This document shows, in pieces, positions 10,079 to 19,623 of a stretch of 64,000 nucleotides of DNA. The notes below the pieces were generated by a model. The model was not told the DNA's origin, searched no databases, and saw nothing but the letters and a program-made list of their open reading frames with translations. A program made the translations under genes and the position numbers. The stretch's first letter is position 1. Each line of letters opens with the position of its first letter. Location: positions 151,028-215,027 of the IMG/VR virus record IMGVR_UViG_3300046804_003469; one strand, 5' to 3'.

Positions 10079-11308
10079 ATGTCTCGTGGAGATTTACAAG
10101 AAATGGAAGTAGGCACTAAGCAATCCAAAACCGCTGTCAATGCAAATGCTAAGGCAGGGGATGCAATGCCAAAATTATCAGGAAATCTTCCTGATGGACA
10201 AACAGGAAGTTGGGAAGATCTTGGTGGACCAGATCCTTCCAACTATCGTCCAGATGATGATTCAGCAAAACTGAAGACACCTGGAGCAACTCTGAAGCAA
10301 GTCAGAGATGTTGTTAACAAGGGTGCTAAGGGTGCTGATCCAATGAAAGGTCTTAAGAAAGAAGACGCTGATTATGATGAGGACGAAGAACTCTTAGAAG
10401 GTAAGTACGAAGAAGAGGAAGAGGAGGAAGAAGAGGAAGAGGAAGAAGAAGGTGGTAAGAAAAAAGGTAAGAAAAAAGTAGCAGAAGCTAAAGAGGAAGA
10501 GGAGGAAGAGGAGGAAGAAGAGGAAGAGGAGGAAGAAGAGGAAGAGGATGGTGAGAAGAAAGGTAAAAAGAAAATGGAAGAAGACTTCAACATCGATGAA
10601 GATGTTGATGCTCTCGTAGGTGGTGAAGATCTTTCCGAAGAATTTAAGGAAAGAGCAAAAGTTATTTTTGAGGCTGCATTAAGAAGCAAGGTTTCTGAAA
10701 TTCAAGAAGCACTTGAAGTGCAGTATGAAGAAAGACTCATCGAAGAAGTTTCTGAAATCAAAGCAGAACTTCAAGAAAGAGTCGATGCATACCTTGAGTA
10801 TGTTTCTGAAGAATGGATGTCAGAAAATGAACTGGCAGTTGAGCACGGACTCAAATCCGAAATGACCGAATCATTCCTTTCAGGAATGAAGGATCTTTTT
10901 GAAGCACATTATGTATCAATCCCTGAAGATAAATATGATGTTCTTGAGAGCATGGTAGAAAAACTTGATGACATGGAGACAAAACTCAACGAGCAAATCG
11001 AGAAAAATATCCATTTAAACAAGCGTCTCGCAGAGTCGGTTGCTGATGGAATCTTTGAACAAGTTTCTGAAGGTCTTGCGGCTACTCAGAAAGATAAGCT
11101 CGCTTCACTTGCCGAAAGTGTTGAGTTTGAAAGTGAAGAAGAATATCGTGAAAAACTGGAGACATTAAGGGAATCGTATTTCCCTTCAAGAGGAGCTTCT
11201 CCATCAACTAAAGCTGATACCCTTTCAGAGGGCGTAAGCATTGCTCCTGAGTCATACACAGGTTCAATGGCTGCTTATTTGAAAACTCTTTCAGCATTTA
11301 GTAAATAA
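10079..11308 (+). CDS. gp22: Prohead core scaffold protein
   Basis: Acidic coiled coil, LSEEFKERAKVIFEAA, YLEYVSEEWM; between gp21 and gp23. Confidence 0.95.
   Translation: MSRGDLQEMEVGTKQSKTAVNANAKAGDAMPKLSGNLPDGQTGSWEDLGGPDPSNYRPDDDSAKLKTPGATLKQVRDVVNKGAKGADPMKGLKKEDADYDEDEELLEGKYEEEEEEEEEEEEEEGGKKKGKKKVAEAKEEEEEEEEEEEEEEEEEEDGEKKGKKKMEEDFNIDEDVDALVGGEDLSEEFKERAKVIFEAALRSKVSEIQEALEVQYEERLIEEVSEIKAELQERVDAYLEYVSEEWMSENELAVEHGLKSEMTESFLSGMKDLFEAHYVSIPEDKYDVLESMVEKLDDMETKLNEQIEKNIHLNKRLAESVADGIFEQVSEGLAATQKDKLASLAESVEFESEEEYREKLETLRESYFPSRGASPSTKADTLSEGVSIAPESYTGSMAAYLKTLSAFSK
10408..10580 (+). repeat. (GAR)n poly-Glu tracts, duplicated E(n)-G-x-KKGKKK unit inside gp22
   Basis: Two GAA/GAG runs each followed by ggtaag/gagaag aaaggtaa encoding KKGKKK. 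Confidence 0.9.
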
Positions 11309-11367
11309 TTGAATTTAATATAATTCAAACCCAAAAAACAAACACTTAGTAAAAAAGGTAAAAGCAA

Positions 11368-12804
11368 ATGTTCCATTCCGAGCATCTGCAGGAAAAGTGG
11401 GCACCACTCTTAGACTATCAGGGTCTTGATCCAATCAAAGATTCTCATCGTAGAGCTGTAACCGCTGTCCTGCTCGAAAACCAAGAGAAATTCTTAAGAG
11501 AGCAATCTGCTTTCGATAACGGTTCCATGAGTATGCTCATGGAGTCCCCAACCAATAGTGCAAACGCTGCTGGCGCAACAGGTGGATTTGGCGGCGGCGC
11601 TGCTGCTGGCGGTCCTACTGCTGGTTTTGATCCAGTTCTGATTTCACTCATTCGTCGTTCAATGCCTAACTTGGTCGCTTATGACCTCGCTGGCGTTCAA
11701 CCAATGAGTGGTCCTACTGGACTCATCTTCGCAATGCGTTCACGTTATACCAATCAAAACGGTACTGAGACATTCTTCAACGAAGTAGATACTGCATTCT
11801 CAGGTCAGAATGCTGGTGGTACTCTTGTTGGATTTGCTGACACTAGTGCTGGTATTGGTACAACTGCACAGTCTGGTTCTAACCCATCAATTCTGAACCC
11901 AACTGCTAGTGCATCACAAACCGATTATAACGTCGGTGAAGGTATGCTCACTGGCGATTCAGAAAATCTTGATGGTAACAGCACTGGTGCTTTCAACCAG
12001 ATGGCATTCTCAATCGAGAAAGTCACTGTTACTGCACGTTCAAGAGCACTGAAAGCCGAGTATTCATTAGAACTCGCACAAGACCTCAAGGCAATCCATG
12101 GTCTGAACGCTGAGGCTGAGTTAGCAAACATTCTCTCAACCGAGATTCTTGCTGAAATCAACCGTGAAGTTATCAGAACCATCTACAAGATTGCTGAACA
12201 GGGTGCTGTAGAAAATACCGCAACTGCTGGTGTATTCGACCTCGACGTTGATTCAAACGGTCGTTGGTCAGTTGAGAAGTTCAAGGGTCTTCTGTTCCAG
12301 ATCGAAAGAGACGCAAACAGAATCGCTCAGAGAACTCGTAGAGGAAAGGGTAACATCATCATGTGCTCTGCTGACGTTGCTTCAGCACTGACCATGGCTG
12401 GTGTTCTCGATTACACCCCTGCGCTCAATGCTAACCTCAATGTTGATGACACTGGTAACACCTTCGCTGGTGTTCTCCAAGGTCGTTACAGAGTTTATAT
12501 CGACCCATATGCTGCAAACCTTGCTGCTGATAACAGCGGTCTCGCACAGGGCACCAACCAATACTACGTTGTTGGTTATAAGGGTTCCAGCCCATATGAT
12601 GCTGGTCTCTTCTATTGCCCATATGTTCCTCTCCAAATGGTACGTGCCGTTGGTGAGAACTCCTTCCAGCCCAAGATTGGCTTCAAGACCCGTTACGGTA
12701 TTGTTGCTAACCCATTTGCTGAAGGTACAACCCAAGGTCTCGGCAGACTCAAAGTTAACGCAAACCGTTACTACAGAAGAGTTGCTATCAAGAACCTCAT
12801 GTGA
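11368..12804 (+). CDS. gp23: Major capsid protein
   Basis: GVQPMSGPTGLIFAMR, RALKAEYSLELAQDLKAIHGL, FQPKIGFKTRYG. Confidence 0.99.
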   Translation: MFHSEHLQEKWAPLLDYQGLDPIKDSHRRAVTAVLLENQEKFLREQSAFDNGSMSMLMESPTNSANAAGATGGFGGGAAAGGPTAGFDPVLISLIRRSMPNLVAYDLAGVQPMSGPTGLIFAMRSRYTNQNGTETFFNEVDTAFSGQNAGGTLVGFADTSAGIGTTAQSGSNPSILNPTASASQTDYNVGEGMLTGDSENLDGNSTGAFNQMAFSIEKVTVTARSRALKAEYSLELAQDLKAIHGLNAEAELANILSTEILAEINREVIRTIYKIAEQGAVENTATAGVFDLDVDSNGRWSVEKFKGLLFQIERDANRIAQRTRRGKGNIIMCSADVASALTMAGVLDYTPALNANLNVDDTGNTFAGVLQGRYRVYIDPYAANLAADNSGLAQGTNQYYVVGYKGSSPYDAGLFYCPYVPLQMVRAVGENSFQPKIGFKTRYGIVANPFAEGTTQGLGRLKVNANRYYRRVAIKNLM

Positions 12805-12825
12805 TTCATCACACAAAGGTCTCTG

Positions 12826-12852
12826 GGGTGCCGAAAGGCACCCTTTTTTTTA
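12826..12852 (+). terminator. Intrinsic terminator after gp23
   Basis: GGGTGCC-GAAA-GGCACCC followed by T run. Confidence 0.9.
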
Positions 12853-12869
12853 TCTAAATATTTAAAAAA

Positions 12870-13433
12870 ATGGCAACGAGTAACGCATTTAAAAATCAGA
12901 TACAAAATAGAAACTTTCTTTCCCCAGTTGGATTTAAGTTTTTATTGAATAGAGCACCTAAAGTTGCATTCTTTAGCAATTCAGCAAATGTTCCTGGAAT
13001 GACTCTTGGAACAGCAATTCAACCAACATATTTAAAAGATATTGATGTTCCTGGTGATAAAATTACATTTCAAGATTTTTCTTTAAGATTTTTAGTTGAT
13101 GAAAATCTTGAGAATTATTTGGAAATACAACATTGGATGAGAGGTCTTGGATATCCAGAATCTTTAGAAGAAATTTATAATTTACAATCAGAAAATAAAA
13201 TTGGAACTACCAGTTCAAAATTAATGGATATATTTTCTGACGGAACTTTGCAAATTTTAACAAGTAGTAATAATTTAAATTTTCAAGTAAAATTCAAAGA
13301 TTTATTTCCAGTAGATTTGTCAAATCTCGAATTTGATGCTACGGATACTGATATTGAATACTTTACAGCACAAGTCACTTTCAAGTATACTATTTACAAT
13401 ATAACTGATTTAAATGGAAATGTTTTAGCATGA
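12870..13433 (+). CDS. gp3: Tail completion / tube terminator protein
   Basis: NRNFLSPVGFKF, RFLVDENLENY, FKDLFPVDLS; usual position after gp23 in cyanophages. Confidence 0.85.
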   Translation: MATSNAFKNQIQNRNFLSPVGFKFLLNRAPKVAFFSNSANVPGMTLGTAIQPTYLKDIDVPGDKITFQDFSLRFLVDENLENYLEIQHWMRGLGYPESLEEIYNLQSENKIGTTSSKLMDIFSDGTLQILTSSNNLNFQVKFKDLFPVDLSNLEFDATDTDIEYFTAQVTFKYTIYNITDLNGNVLA

Positions 13434-13867
13434 GTATTGATCTTGATACTATTCAAAAAATGTGGGAAAAAGATTCCCAAATTGATCCAGATAATTTACA
13501 CACAGAATCTTTAAATATTCCAGTTTTACACGCAAAATATTTTGATTTGTATAATACACTGGTTCTTTTGAGAAAGAGAGCAGAACAACAAAGAAAAAAT
13601 ATTCGCCATGAAAGATATGAATATTATACAGGAAAAGCAGATCCAGAAGTTTATGTAGAAGATCCTTTTCCTAAAAAAATTAGAGATAAAGATACACTTC
13701 AAAAATATCTTGATGCAGATAATAAATTATCTCAGGTTAATCTTAAAATAGAGTATTATGAAACTATGATAAATTACTTAGAGAGTATTCTTAAAGTAAT
13801 TCAAAATAGAACTTACCAAATTAAGAATGCTGTTGAATTCATTAAATTCCAGGCAGGATATGGTTGA
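13430..13867 (+). CDS. uvsY: Recombination mediator UvsY
   Basis: ESLNIPVLHAKY, NRTYQIKNAVEF; precedes uvsW. Confidence 0.9.
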   Translation: MSIDLDTIQKMWEKDSQIDPDNLHTESLNIPVLHAKYFDLYNTLVLLRKRAEQQRKNIRHERYEYYTGKADPEVYVEDPFPKKIRDKDTLQKYLDADNKLSQVNLKIEYYETMINYLESILKVIQNRTYQIKNAVEFIKFQAGYG

Positions 13868-15359
13868 TACAGTTAACTTAGTTATCAGTAAATCTAACGA
13901 AGTTTTTTTAAAGATAAAAACAGAACCTCATATTGAATATGAATTAAGAGATCACTTCAAATTTGAAGTTCCTAATGCAAAGTTTATGCCTCAATATAGA
14001 GGTAGAAATTGGAATGGAGAAATACATTTATTTGATATGAGATCCAAGCAAATTTATGTGGGTCTCTTAGATAAAATTGTAAATTTTTGCGAGCAATATG
14101 GTTATTCATATAAATTTGAAGATAATAAATTTTATGGACAACCTTTTGAAATTAATGAGAATATCTCATACGAGGGTGTAAAAGATTACATGCAATCTAT
14201 TTGTACTCATTCTCCACGGCAGTATCAAATAGAGGGAGTATACGACGCTCTACGACATAACCGAAAATTATTGATATCACCCACAGCCTCAGGAAAATCC
14301 TTGATGATTTATTCCCTCGTAAGGTATTATGTAGATAAAGGACAAAAAATTCTTCTAGTTGTTCCAACGACATCTTTGGTAGAACAGATGTACAAGGATT
14401 TCCAAGATTATAGTTGGGATGCTGAGTCATATTGTCATCGTATTTACTCTGGTAGAGAGAAAACAAATGAACATTCTGTAACTATTACAACGTGGCAATC
14501 TGTATATAAGTTAGAACGTTCATTCTTTGAAGATTATAATGTGATTATAGGAGATGAAGCACATTTATTCAAGAGTAAGTCTCTGATTGAGATTATGACT
14601 AAGTTGCATCATGCAAAATATAGATTTGGATTTACAGGAACTCTTGATGGTACACAAACCCATAAATGGGTGCTTGAAGGATTATTTGGTCCTTCATATA
14701 AAGTTACTAAGACTGCTGAATTGATGGAACAAGGACATCTTTCTCAATTAGACATTAGATGTTTAGTTCTTAAACATTCACCTCAAAAATTTGAAACTTA
14801 TGAAGATGAAATTCAATATCTAATTTCCCATGATCAAAGAAATAAATTTATTACTAATTTAACTCTTGATTTGAAAGGTAATACTCTTGTTTTATTTTCA
14901 AGAGTAGAGTCTCATGGAGCAATACTTTTTGAAAGAATAAATAACAATAAGCGAGATGATCGTAAAGTATTTTTCATTCATGGAAAAGTGGATGCTGAAG
15001 AAAGAGAATTGGTAAGAGAAATTACTGAAAAAGAAAATAATGCAATTATTGTTGCATCATATGGGACATTCAGTACTGGTGTCAATATTAAAAATTTACA
15101 TAATGTTATTTTTGCATCACCAAGTAAATCAAGAATTAGAAATCTACAAAGCATTGGAAGAGTTTTAAGAAAAGGAAAAAATAAAACTAAAGCAATGCTA
15201 TATGATATTTCTGATGATTGTTCATATAACTCAAGAAAAAATTATACATTAAATCATTTTATAGAAAGAATCAAAATTTATAACGAAGAAAATTTTAACT
15301 ATGAAATTATTACTATTCAATTAAAAAGTAAGTTGGAGGGTATGTTAAATGGGAATTGA
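13860..15359 (+). CDS. uvsW: SF2 helicase UvsW
   Basis: SPTASGKS, GDEAH, QSIGRVLR; start trimmed to ATG 13860. Confidence 0.96.
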   Translation: MVDTVNLVISKSNEVFLKIKTEPHIEYELRDHFKFEVPNAKFMPQYRGRNWNGEIHLFDMRSKQIYVGLLDKIVNFCEQYGYSYKFEDNKFYGQPFEINENISYEGVKDYMQSICTHSPRQYQIEGVYDALRHNRKLLISPTASGKSLMIYSLVRYYVDKGQKILLVVPTTSLVEQMYKDFQDYSWDAESYCHRIYSGREKTNEHSVTITTWQSVYKLERSFFEDYNVIIGDEAHLFKSKSLIEIMTKLHHAKYRFGFTGTLDGTQTHKWVLEGLFGPSYKVTKTAELMEQGHLSQLDIRCLVLKHSPQKFETYEDEIQYLISHDQRNKFITNLTLDLKGNTLVLFSRVESHGAILFERINNNKRDDRKVFFIHGKVDAEERELVREITEKENNAIIVASYGTFSTGVNIKNLHNVIFASPSKSRIRNLQSIGRVLRKGKNKTKAMLYDISDDCSYNSRKNYTLNHFIERIKIYNEENFNYEIITIQLKSKLEGMLNGN

Positions 15360-15741
15360 AGATGATTTTTATGCTACAGTTAAATTAAAGACAGGTGAAG
15401 AAATATTTGCTAAAGTTGCTGCATCTGAAGAGGAAGATAGAACTTTACTGATTGTATCTAATCCTATTATGATTTCTGAAATTAAAACAAGAAATGGAAT
15501 TGGATACAAAGTAGAACCTTGGTTGAAAACAACTAATGACGATATGTTTGTTATTAATTTAGATGATGTTCTTACTATGAGTGAATCATCAGATATAGAA
15601 ATAATTTCAATGTATCAATCTTATCTAAGACAAACTTATAAACTTAGAAATAAAGAAGCGAAGCTTGATAGAAGAATGGGATATATCTCTAATATAAATG
15701 ATGCTAAAGAGATCTTAGAGAAACTTTATAAGAGTAACTAA
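15349..15741 (+). CDS. Conserved cyanophage hypothetical (Sm-like fold suspected)
   Basis: VKLKTGEEIFAKV...PWLK...; between uvsW and gp55. Confidence 0.7.
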   Translation: MGIEDDFYATVKLKTGEEIFAKVAASEEEDRTLLIVSNPIMISEIKTRNGIGYKVEPWLKTTNDDMFVINLDDVLTMSESSDIEIISMYQSYLRQTYKLRNKEAKLDRRMGYISNINDAKEILEKLYKSN

Positions 15742-15800
15742 AGCTCTTAAGCTGTTCCCTCAAAGCCAGACAAACCTAGTCTACAGTATTTGTAAAGGTC

Positions 15801-15829
15801 TTGTCAAGCGTTCATCTCAGTGTTATAAT
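15801..15829 (+). promoter_or_regulatory. Sigma70-type promoter for gp55
   Basis: TTGTCA-17 nt-TATAAT with TG extended -10. Confidence 0.7.
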
Positions 15830-15856
15830 TCCTACATTATAAATTAAATAATATAG

Positions 15857-16351
15857 ATGATCACAACAACAGTTATGACCAAAAGAAAGAGGTCAGAGCA
15901 TTACGTCAACAACAAAGAGTTTTTAGCAGCACTTATTGCTTATCGTGAAAGTGTTGATCTTGCTGCCATTCGTGGAGAACCAAAACCACGTATTACAAAT
16001 TATATTGGTGAATGCTTTCTTAAGATTGCAACACATCTTTCCTTTAAACCAAATTTTGTGAATTACATGTTTAAGGAAGATATGATTTGTGATGGTATTG
16101 AAAATTGTATCCAATACATTCATAATTTTAATCCAGAGAAATCTCAGAATCCCTTTGCTTACTTTACTCAAATTATCAACTATGCTTTTTTGAGAAGAAT
16201 TCAAAAAGAGAAAAAGCAATTAGAAATCAAAAATAAAATTCTTGAAAGAACTGGATTTGATCAGGTCTTTGATGACTCATCGGTTGACGGATCTAACTAT
16301 TCAGATTATAATTCAATCAAGGATGCCATCTATTCTAAACTTCGGTACTGA
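15857..16351 (+). CDS. gp55: Late-transcription sigma factor
   Basis: HYVNNKEFL, NPFAYFTQII, AFLRRIQKEKKQ. Confidence 0.96.
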   Translation: MITTTVMTKRKRSEHYVNNKEFLAALIAYRESVDLAAIRGEPKPRITNYIGECFLKIATHLSFKPNFVNYMFKEDMICDGIENCIQYIHNFNPEKSQNPFAYFTQIINYAFLRRIQKEKKQLEIKNKILERTGFDQVFDDSSVDGSNYSDYNSIKDAIYSKLRY

Positions 16352-17392
16352 ATGAAAATAGCAATTATCACAGACCAACATTTTGGTGCTAGAAAAAATT
16401 CAAAACTTTTTCACGATTATTTTTTACAATTTTATAATGACATATTTTTTCCTACTTTAGAAAAGGAAGGAATTACTACTGTCGTTGATATGGGTGATAC
16501 ATTTGATAGTCGTAAAGGAATTGATTTTTCTGCTCTTGCTTGGGCAAAAGATAATTACTACGATAAACTTAAATCTTTAGGATGTAAAGTTTATACAATT
16601 GTTGGAAATCATACGGCGTATTATAAAAACACAAACGACGTAAATGCTGTAGACCTGTTGTTGAGAGAATATAAAAATGTAGAGATAGTTTCTCATCCAT
16701 CTGAGTTTATTCTTGATAATCTTAAAGTTCTTTTCATTCCATGGATTAATCAAGAAAATGAGCAGAAGACAATGCAACTGATTAGAAATACAGAATCAAC
16801 AGTTGCTATGGGTCATTTGGAGTTAAATGGATTTTCTCCTTATCGTGGTCATACTATGGATGGAGGAATGGATCCAACTATTTTTGATAGATTTGAAAGA
16901 GTTTTTTCTGGTCATTATCATACTCGATCAACAAATGGTAAGATTTTTTATCTGGGTAATCCATATGAGATATATTGGAACGACGTAAATGATACTCGGG
17001 GATTTACTATTTTTGATACGGATACGTTAGAACATACTTCAGTAGATAATCCATATCAAATGTTTCATAACATTTATTATGAAGATACTCCGTATCAGAT
17101 GTTTGATACAAGATCTTATCAAAATAAAATTATTAGAGTTATTGTTAGAAAAAAATCAGATAGTAAAAAATTTGAAAAATTTATAGATAAACTCTATAGT
17201 GCAAACGTTTTTGAGTTAAAGGTAGTAGAAAATTTTCAAGTTAAAGAATCTGAAGAATTTGAAGCATTTGAAAGTGAAGATACTATCTCTATTTTGAATA
17301 GATATATAAAAGAGTCTGAAATTGAATTGGATAAATCAATTATTCAAGATATCATTCAAGAAGTTTATAAGGAAGCATGTGAGATGGTATAA
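16352..17392 (+). CDS. gp47: Recombination endonuclease subunit (Mre11/SbcD-like)
   Basis: TDQHFG, GDTFD, GNH, SGHYH metallophosphoesterase motifs. Confidence 0.96.
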   Translation: MKIAIITDQHFGARKNSKLFHDYFLQFYNDIFFPTLEKEGITTVVDMGDTFDSRKGIDFSALAWAKDNYYDKLKSLGCKVYTIVGNHTAYYKNTNDVNAVDLLLREYKNVEIVSHPSEFILDNLKVLFIPWINQENEQKTMQLIRNTESTVAMGHLELNGFSPYRGHTMDGGMDPTIFDRFERVFSGHYHTRSTNGKIFYLGNPYEIYWNDVNDTRGFTIFDTDTLEHTSVDNPYQMFHNIYYEDTPYQMFDTRSYQNKIIRVIVRKKSDSKKFEKFIDKLYSANVFELKVVENFQVKESEEFEAFESEDTISILNRYIKESEIELDKSIIQDIIQEVYKEACEMV

Positions 17393-17662
17393 ATGTACAT
17401 ACTAACTATCAATGGTAAAGAAACAGAAGGTGCATATTCAGTAACTGATGAAGAGGGAGATAATATTCTTTATATCTTCCAAGAAGAGGATGATGCAGTT
17501 CGTTTTGCCATGATGTTAGAAGAAGATGGATTTCCAGAAATGCATGTAATTGAAGTAGAAGATCATATCATGATGAAGACATGTGAAATCCAAAATTACA
17601 GATATAGTATAATTACTAAAGATGATATTGTGATACCCCCAGAAGACCATGATTTTATTTGA
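17393..17662 (+). CDS. Hypothetical protein
   Basis: 89 aa acidic ORF between gp47 and gp46. Confidence 0.7.
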   Translation: MYILTINGKETEGAYSVTDEEGDNILYIFQEEDDAVRFAMMLEEDGFPEMHVIEVEDHIMMKTCEIQNYRYSIITKDDIVIPPEDHDFI

Positions 17663-19361
17663 AAAAATTCGTTGGAAAAACTTTTTAAGCACTGGAAATC
17701 AGTTTACGGAAGTCATTCTCAACAAGACAGATAACACTCTTATTATAGGATCAAATGGTGCTGGAAAGAGTACAATTCTTGATGCATTGACTTTTTCACT
17801 TTTTGGAAAACCTTTTCGTAAAATTAATAAACCACAACTTATAAATTCTACGAATGAAAAGGATTGTTTAGTTGAGGTTGAATTATCTATTGGTTCTACT
17901 TCTTGGAAAGTTGTGCGTGGAATTAAACCAGCAATATTTGAAATTTATAGAAATGGTAAACTTTTAGATCAATCTGCTGCTGCTTTAGACCAACAAAAAT
18001 GGTTAGAGCAAACTGTATTAAAAATGAATTACAAATCTTTCACTCAGATTGTAATTCTTGGATCAAGTACATTTGTCCCCTTTATGCAACTTCCTGCTGC
18101 TCATAGGAGAGAAGTTATTGAAGATCTTTTGGATATTAAAATATTTTCTTCAATGACTTCAATTATTAAGGATAAAATACGTCAAATTAAAGATGATATC
18201 AAAGTTTTGAATCTTAAAAAAGATTCTTTAAAAGATAAAGTTGATATGCAACAAAATTTTATTGAAGAATTGGAAAATCGTGGAAATGCCAAAATAAATG
18301 CCAATAAAGAAAAGATTGCAAATTTAGATCAAGAAGTTGGTGTTTATATGGTGGATAACTCTGCTATTGAAGAAGGAATTTATAAACTTCAAAAAGAACA
18401 AGAGGGAGTTATTAGTTCTGTAGAAAAAATAAAAAAACTTAATAATCTTAAAGGTAAAGTATCTCAAAAAGTAGTATCAGTAACAAGAGAGCATAAGTTT
18501 TTTAAAGAAAATACGGTATGCCCTACTTGTACTCAAACAATTGAAGAAGAATTTCGGTTAAATAAAGTTGCAGATGCTCAAAATAAAGCAAAAGAACTCC
18601 AAAAAGGTTATCAAGAACTTGAGGAGACTATAAAAAATGAACAGGAAAGAGAGCGTCAATTTATTGAACTTTCCAAAGAAATTACAAAACTAAACCATGA
18701 GATTTCGCAGAATAATACTCGCATTTCCTTCAACCAAAGACAAATTCAAGATCTTGAATCTGAAATTCAAACTATTACCGAACAGATTAAGAATAAAAAT
18801 ACTGAACATGAAAAATTAGAAGAATTTAAAAAAAATCTAACGGAAACTTTTTCTGAACTAGCAGAGAAAAAAGACAAAATTAATTATTATGATTTTTCAT
18901 ATAGTTTACTTAAAGATGGTGGAGTAAAAACTAAAATCATCAAGAAGTATCTACCGCTGATAAATCAGCAAGTTAATCGTTATCTTCAAATGATGGATTT
19001 TTATATCAATTTTACTCTTGATGAAGAGTTTGATGAAACTATTCAATCTCCCATTCATGAAGATTTTTCTTATGCTTCTTTTAGTGAGGGTGAAAAAATG
19101 AGAATTGATTTGTCTCTTTTGTTTACTTGGAGAGAAGTTGCCAGATATAAAAATTCAGTAAATACGAATCTTTTAATCCTTGATGAAGTATTTGATTCTT
19201 CTTTAGATGGATTTGGTACTGATGAATTTTTAAAAATTATTCGGTATGTTATAAAAGATGCTAATATCTTTGTTATTTCGCATAAAACGGGAATGGAAGA
19301 TAAATTTAGAAGTGTAGTAAAATTTGAAAAAATTAAAGGTTTTAGTAGGATGGTTTCTTAA
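17649..19361 (+). CDS. gp46: Recombination ATPase subunit (Rad50/SbcC-like)
   Basis: GSNGAGKST, CPTC hook, FSEGEK, LILDEVFD. Confidence 0.97.
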   Translation: MILFEKIRWKNFLSTGNQFTEVILNKTDNTLIIGSNGAGKSTILDALTFSLFGKPFRKINKPQLINSTNEKDCLVEVELSIGSTSWKVVRGIKPAIFEIYRNGKLLDQSAAALDQQKWLEQTVLKMNYKSFTQIVILGSSTFVPFMQLPAAHRREVIEDLLDIKIFSSMTSIIKDKIRQIKDDIKVLNLKKDSLKDKVDMQQNFIEELENRGNAKINANKEKIANLDQEVGVYMVDNSAIEEGIYKLQKEQEGVISSVEKIKKLNNLKGKVSQKVVSVTREHKFFKENTVCPTCTQTIEEEFRLNKVADAQNKAKELQKGYQELEETIKNEQERERQFIELSKEITKLNHEISQNNTRISFNQRQIQDLESEIQTITEQIKNKNTEHEKLEEFKKNLTETFSELAEKKDKINYYDFSYSLLKDGGVKTKIIKKYLPLINQQVNRYLQMMDFYINFTLDEEFDETIQSPIHEDFSYASFSEGEKMRIDLSLLFTWREVARYKNSVNTNLLILDEVFDSSLDGFGTDEFLKIIRYVIKDANIFVISHKTGMEDKFRSVVKFEKIKGFSRMVS

Positions 19362-19437
19362 GTGGCACATGAAGAAGATTGGGCAGATCGTTTGGTAAAT
19401 AGGATATGGGACTTCATAGATAGGATCTGTTACCCTG

Positions 19438-19623
19438 ATGGCAAACCACAAGATCTGGGAAAGTGGTCGCAATCCTCACAGGAGGAACGACAAGGGGAAA
19501 AAGAAACCCCAAGCACTCCGACAAGCAAAAGCACGACTGAACCACTTTAAAAAGTGTCACAAGACCTCCCCCAAAAAGGGAGGTTCTTCTTTATTGTACG
19601 TTCATACGATTCAAATCAAATGA
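19438..19623 (+). CDS. Small basic hypothetical protein
   Basis: KKKPQALRQAKARL; stop overlaps next ATG (ATGA); competes with overlapping ORF 19362-19550. Confidence 0.45.
   Translation: MANHKIWESGRNPHRRNDKGKKKPQALRQAKARLNHFKKCHKTSPKKGGSSLLYVHTIQIK

Noticed and set aside
10372-10689. Poly-Ser minus-strand ORF
   Set aside because: Reverse complement of the gp22 poly-Glu tract.
19362-19550. 62-aa GTG-start ORF after gp46
   Set aside because: Overlaps a putative promoter box and the alternative ORF 19438-19623, which couples to the next gene; cannot be supported independently.
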